From: Candidatus Doudnabacteria bacterium
GTDB taxonomy: Bacteria > Patescibacteriota > Doudnabacteria > UBA920
DNA: 49,337 nt
Reading direction: 5' to 3'
NCBI GenBank assembly: GCA_903908535.1
Contig: CAIVSE010000042.1
Span: 1 to 49,337, forward strand
A model generated the notes under the pieces. That model did no database searches, was not told where the DNA came from, and was given only the letters and a program-made list of their open reading frames with translations. Shown here piece after piece: positions 46,328-49,337 of this stretch; the stretch's first letter is position 1, and each line of letters starts with the position of its first letter. The translations under genes and the position numbers were made by a program.

Positions 46328-46969
46328 ATGTCTACCAAGAACACGTCTGTAGTCCCCGGAGTAGCAGTTGGAACGACGCTCGCGACTGGCGAGCAGATTG
46401 AGCACATCATGGACATGTGGCGCCGTCGCCTGAAGGGTCGCGATGTGACTCTCGCAGAGGCCAACCACATCATCCAAAACGGTGGTCAATATCTGCCGGT
46501 TATGGACAAGGCCGCCGACGTCCTCGTCGATCAGGTCCGTTCCGACATGCAGAGCACCATTGTCCGCATGGTCCGTAACGTCCGCCGCAACCGAACCGCA
46601 GTTCAGGCCATCAACGACACCGGCCGCGTGCAATATGTGGATTCCTCGGTGGTCGCCACCATGCCAACGGGCGATGGGCCGGAAGATGTGGAGTTGACTT
46701 ACTTCCGCGCAAGCCGCTACCTTTCTGACGACGAGTTGGAATTGGAGTTCGGTAGCCGGGAACTGGTTCCCGACCCGCAGGCACAAGCTGCCGACAACGA
46801 AGCCGACTCCGCGTTTGCCGATGAGCACCCCAATGGGACTCATTGGAAGAACAAAAAGGGTCAGTGGTGCTTCGCCTCGTTCGACCAGGACGTCGTCGAG
46901 CGGCTCGTGCACGTTTGCCGCTTCGGCAACAGGTGGCATGACATTTGGTGGTTACCGTTCGGTTTTTAG
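46328..46969 (+). CDS. DGR target (variable) protein; C-terminus now truncated and altered by IS insertion
   Basis: GAAGGAG SD 7 nt upstream of the ATG. The last 28 codons before the IS junction match TR except at TR adenines. The ORF reads into the IS inverted repeat (..WWLPFGF*). Confidence 0.85.
   Translation: MSTKNTSVVPGVAVGTTLATGEQIEHIMDMWRRRLKGRDVTLAEANHIIQNGGQYLPVMDKAADVLVDQVRSDMQSTIVRMVRNVRRNRTAVQAINDTGRVQYVDSSVVATMPTGDGPEDVELTYFRASRYLSDDELELEFGSRELVPDPQAQAADNEADSAFADEHPNGTHWKNKKGQWCFASFDQDVVERLVHVCRFGNRWHDIWWLPFGF
46869..46953 (+). other. DGR variable region (VR), diversified part
   Basis: The 85-nt gapless alignment to 48534-48618 has 16 mismatches, all at TR adenines. Confidence 0.9.
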
Positions 46970-48170
46970 TGGATATTTTCGTCAGCTTTTTTGTAAGATG
47001 CAACCTTTTTAATACCAAGCTTAGTTAGTATGATAGGCCAGAGGGCCTGTTTTTTTATGGTAAATTCTAGGGAACAGTGTTTGTTTAAATGTTTAAATTT
47101 AGTGTCGCAATCGGTAAATGTTTTAGTTCGTCTTCGAATCATCCATGCGTTTAGCCACCTTCTTGCTGACTTTAAACTTTGGAAACCTTTAATGGTTTTA
47201 AGTCTTCCGTTTAAATGGGAGTTGTAAAGTTCGATTAAGTTAGTGTTGTTGGGACAGTTTTCAAAGTGGAAGTAAGCGAACAGGTCATTGCGTCGTTTTT
47301 CAATGTCGTCCAGGATATTCCAGAGCGTTAGATTTTTGCCAGCGTGGTTATTCCTGACGTGTTTAATTCCTTTAGTAACCTCATCGTCATTGGTGGCTTT
47401 AAACACATGCAGCTTTAATGAATTAAAGAAATGCTGATAAGTAGTTTCTGTTCGGACTCTTAAAATCTTCCTAATATTATCCAAATAGTGGTTGTGGCAT
47501 AACTGTAATCTTGCGTATGGAAAGACCTTGTTTAATGCCTGTTTTATGCCGTCACGGTCGTCGACAACCACAATACGCAGTTTGTACCCCAGGTCTTTAA
47601 TAGTCTGGAAGTAAAGAGAAAAATTTATCTCGTCCTCAGCTAGGACCACTTGGCCATGAGGCAGGTCATGGGACATGTAATCTATGCCAAATAGGAAGGG
47701 TATCTTCCGCTCAAAGTCTTTAATCGCCACGTACTTGCCGTCCAGGATTAATATGCCTGACCAAAGATTCTCATCACATAAACCCTTTGTTAATTCGGTG
47801 TTGTCCGGCAACTGGGATATTTCGGCGATGACACGCGCGTAAGTCTGTGAACTGGATAATTTTTCTTCGTCTCCCAATCTTCTAAAACCTACTCCGTCAA
47901 TGTGTTCTATCCAAAGGTTAGTGGGATTGTTGCCATGGTAAACCGAAAATGAATGCTTACATTTACGACAAATATATTTGTGACTGCGTCCCTGCTTACC
48001 ATTTTTAACAGTTTTACTACTCCCGCACAACGGACAAATTCGGTGGCGTTTTTTTTGACATCATTAATTCTTTCTTAAATATTTTAATGGTTAACTGGGT
48101 TAATACTTGATTTTATCCCTTAAGTTTAGCCAAAACATCCAATTCTATCAACCAAAAACCGAACGGTATC
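46951..48170 (-). mobile_element. IS element (about 1.22 kb) inserted in the VR
   Basis: Perfect 15-bp terminal inverted repeats TACCGTTCGGTTTTT at 46953-46967 and 48154-48168. A 9-12 bp direct duplication CATTTGGTG(GTT) lies at 46942-46953 and 48171-48182. Confidence 0.85.
46966..48030 (-). CDS. DDE transposase with N-terminal CxxC..CxxC zinc finger (IS1/IS256-superfamily-like; family unresolved)
   Basis: CPLCGSSKTVKNGK...YICRKCKHSF; VVVDDRDGIKQALNKVFPYARLQLCHNHY; TNLIELYNSHLNGRLK. The track start is TTG, and two ATGs at 48064/48061 are offset by one frame across an A8 run. Confidence 0.75.
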   Translation of the reverse strand: MCGSSKTVKNGKQGRSHKYICRKCKHSFSVYHGNNPTNLWIEHIDGVGFRRLGDEEKLSSSQTYARVIAEISQLPDNTELTKGLCDENLWSGILILDGKYVAIKDFERKIPFLFGIDYMSHDLPHGQVVLAEDEINFSLYFQTIKDLGYKLRIVVVDDRDGIKQALNKVFPYARLQLCHNHYLDNIRKILRVRTETTYQHFFNSLKLHVFKATNDDEVTKGIKHVRNNHAGKNLTLWNILDDIEKRRNDLFAYFHFENCPNNTNLIELYNSHLNGRLKTIKGFQSLKSARRWLNAWMIRRRTKTFTDCDTKFKHLNKHCSLEFTIKKQALWPIILTKLGIKKVASYKKADENIH

Positions 48171-48204
48171 CATTTGGTGGTTCGCTGGCCGCCGCAAGTC
48201 CTAG
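48171..48204 (+). other. Displaced 3' end of the target gene: duplicated VR bases, GC-rich IMH-like segment and the original stop
   Basis: CATTTGGTGGTTCGCTGGCCGCCGCAAGTCCTAG matches TR 48607-48633 and restores ..DIWWFAGRRKS* when joined to 46953. Confidence 0.8.
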
Positions 48205-48228
48205 GACTCTGGGACGCTCTGTACTCTT

Positions 48229-48244
48229 GTGTCCCCTTGGACAC
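48229..48244 (+). promoter_or_regulatory. Short GC hairpin downstream of the IMH-like segment
   Basis: GTGTCC-CCTT-GGACAC (6-bp stem, 4-nt loop), 25 nt after the original stop. Confidence 0.4.
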
Positions 48245-48533
48245 TTCGAGCCTTGCCCCGATATAACAATCGGGATGAGGCTCTTTTCTTTTGCATAAAT
48301 TATGATAAAATGAATTCAGATAAATTTGAAAATATCCGTGGGTACGCTTGCGGGTTGTTTATCTCGCAGCGCTTGGTGTCAGAATGTCGCTGGTCAAGGC
48401 TCGCGGCAGAGTATTACCAAGCGTAAAGTTCTCCAAAGGGACTTGGTGCAGTTTGCTGGTCGGGTCAATTCCCGCAAATAAAATACAGCCCCAAGAGTAT
48501 TCAAAGGGCAGTGATAAAGATGGTTGATTGCAC

Positions 48534-48633
48534 AATTCGCCACGTTCAACCAGGACGACGACAAGCGGCACGTGAACGTTAACCGCAACGACAACAGGTG
48601 GAATGACAATTGGTGGTTCGCTGGCCGCCGCAA
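48534..48633 (+). other. DGR template region (TR)
   Basis: Matches VR (46869-46953 plus 48183-48197). Adenine-rich, with seven AAY codons in the VR frame. Track ORF 48524-48835 is the TR read in the VR frame, not a gene. Confidence 0.9.
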
Positions 48634-48644
48634 ATTCCTTTGGA

Positions 48645-49010
48645 TTAAACCCCTTCCCCAGACAATGGAGAGGGGGTTTGATTTGCGAGTTGTTTCTGCC
48701 AGCCGCCAATCATATTGCCAACTTTGGTTAGACTTATGGAAAGATTGGCTATTTGCTTGTTGTCTATGGCCTTTAATTCAAAAGCCATTTGCAGAAAGAA
48801 TTTTAGTAAATCCAAGTTTAAGCTGGCTTGCTTGATAGCGCCAAGTTTTTTGTCCTTGCTGGCATAGCCGGTAATCAGAATAAGTTCCGCTTGCTTGGTA
48901 AAAAGCTGGGTTATTTTTTCTCCCAAAGAGTGTTTGAGCAATTTGGGTATGTGTGGAAAATATTGGTACCACAATTGAAAGGCCGAGGAAATTTCCAAAA
49001 CTATGGGCAA
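48645..49010 (-). CDS. avd: Avd-like accessory (four-helix-bundle) protein, inverted relative to TR and RT
   Basis: About 120 aa and helical. ..YQYFPHIPKLLKHSLGEKI...LDLLKFFLQMAFEL...VGNMIGGWQKQL parallels Bordetella Avd ..YLYPIAQSIPRKHG...LAMLRFWLRFLAG...VGRILGSWI (from recall). The track start is TTG. Confidence 0.65.
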   Translation of the reverse strand: MPIVLEISSAFQLWYQYFPHIPKLLKHSLGEKITQLFTKQAELILITGYASKDKKLGAIKQASLNLDLLKFFLQMAFELKAIDNKQIANLSISLTKVGNMIGGWQKQLANQTPSPLSGEGV

Positions 49011-49033
49011 GTTCAGGGTTTCGAAATCCCGTT

Positions 49034-49044
49034 GGGGGGGGGGG
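49034..49044. repeat. G11 (C11 on the avd strand) homopolymer in the avd 5' region and avd-RT intergenic region
   Basis: Counted directly: 7 + 4 G across the 49031-49050 blocks. Confidence 0.95.
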
Positions 49045-49065
49045 TGAATTAAAAGTCATTTTTTT

Positions 49066-49337
49066 ATGAAAAGTCAATTAAATATTAGCTATGAGGAAAT
49101 TATATCGCCGGAAAATTTATTTGCCGCTTGGCAAGAGTTTTTGTCGGGCAAGAGAAAGAAAAAGGATGTGCAGGAATTTGGGTTTAGGCTGACAGACAAT
49201 ATTGTACAACTTTCCGAAGAACTTGCCAATTTTACTTATATTCACAGTCCGTACAGGGCTTTTAACATATCCGACCCCAAACCTCGTAATATTCATAAGG
49301 CCAGCGTGCGGGACAGAGTTTTACACCACGCAATTTA
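49066..49337 (+). CDS. DGR-type reverse transcriptase, N-terminal 90 codons (runs off the window)
   Basis: My translation is MKSQLNISYEEIISPENLFAAWQEFLSGKRKKKDVQEF...YRAFNISDPKPRNIHKASVRDRVLHHAI. It is colinear with Brt ..WENLLDAYRK..YREFLVYEPKPRLISALEFKDRLVQHAL. Confidence 0.85.
   Translation, partial: MKSQLNISYEEIISPENLFAAWQEFLSGKRKKKDVQEFGFRLTDNIVQLSEELANFTYIHSPYRAFNISDPKPRNIHKASVRDRVLHHAI

Noticed and set aside
46178-46939. 253-aa minus-strand ORF opposite the DGR target gene
   Set aside because: It is a stop-free antisense frame, as expected from the high GC of this gene. The plus-strand frame has SD plus ATG and carries the VR in frame with TR-encoded codons.
48107-48298. 63-aa plus-strand ORF spanning the IS right end and the displaced VR end
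   Set aside because: It crosses the IS inverted repeat and reads the VR remnant in the wrong frame, so it is an artefact of the insertion.
48524-48835. 103-aa plus-strand ORF covering TR
   Set aside because: It is the TR read in the VR frame (FATFNQDDDKRHVNVNRNDNRWNDNWWFAGRRK), continuing by chance into the antisense of avd. It has no SD and is better explained as noncoding template RNA.
48778-49077. 99-aa minus-strand ORF starting MTFHKKMTFNSPPPP
   Set aside because: It shares its ATG region with the likely avd start but continues in the wrong frame because of the C11 tract. The Avd-like helical sequence is in the adjacent frame (48645-49010).

Overview
This window looks like a small-genome, Patescibacteria/CPR-like bacterial chromosome segment: compact, with overlapping genes, no uL30, and mostly SD-less starts. 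All homology calls come from reading the translations and recalling family motifs; no searches were run.

(1) 1-21.5 kb holds the str-S10-spc ribosomal superoperon (rpsL-rpsG-fusA, tuf, rpsJ through rplO, secY). A 4.3-kb accessory island sits between fusA and tuf (rve-type IS, Phd-like gene, MNT/HEPN pair, small membrane proteins). A kinase-like gene and a coiled-coil gene sit between tuf and rpsJ. Six copies of an ~85-nt imperfect hairpin repeat each end about 10 nt before a start codon.

(2) 21.6-29.7 kb holds accessory genes: two CYTH proteins flanking a DUF5678-like plus retropepsin-like pair, a minimal HExxH protease, a TraD/VirD4-like membrane ATPase, a His-rich protein and a GtrA protein.

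(3) 29.7-46.3 kb holds two candidate structured ncRNAs around dnaX, decayed DinD/DUF3800 remnants, HtrA, ruvX, a long sugar-phosphate/glycolysis cluster (galT, tpiA, rpiB, rpe-like, split tkt, pfkB kinase, gap, pgk, gpmI), recJ and rnhA.

(4) 46.3-49.3 kb holds the most interesting locus, a diversity-generating retroelement (DGR). All 16 VR/TR mismatches fall at TR adenines. An IS element has inserted exactly between the diversified VR and its GC-rich IMH-like end. The Avd-like gene is inverted between TR and RT, and a G11 tract puts it out of frame with its ATG. The DGR-type RT runs off the window edge.
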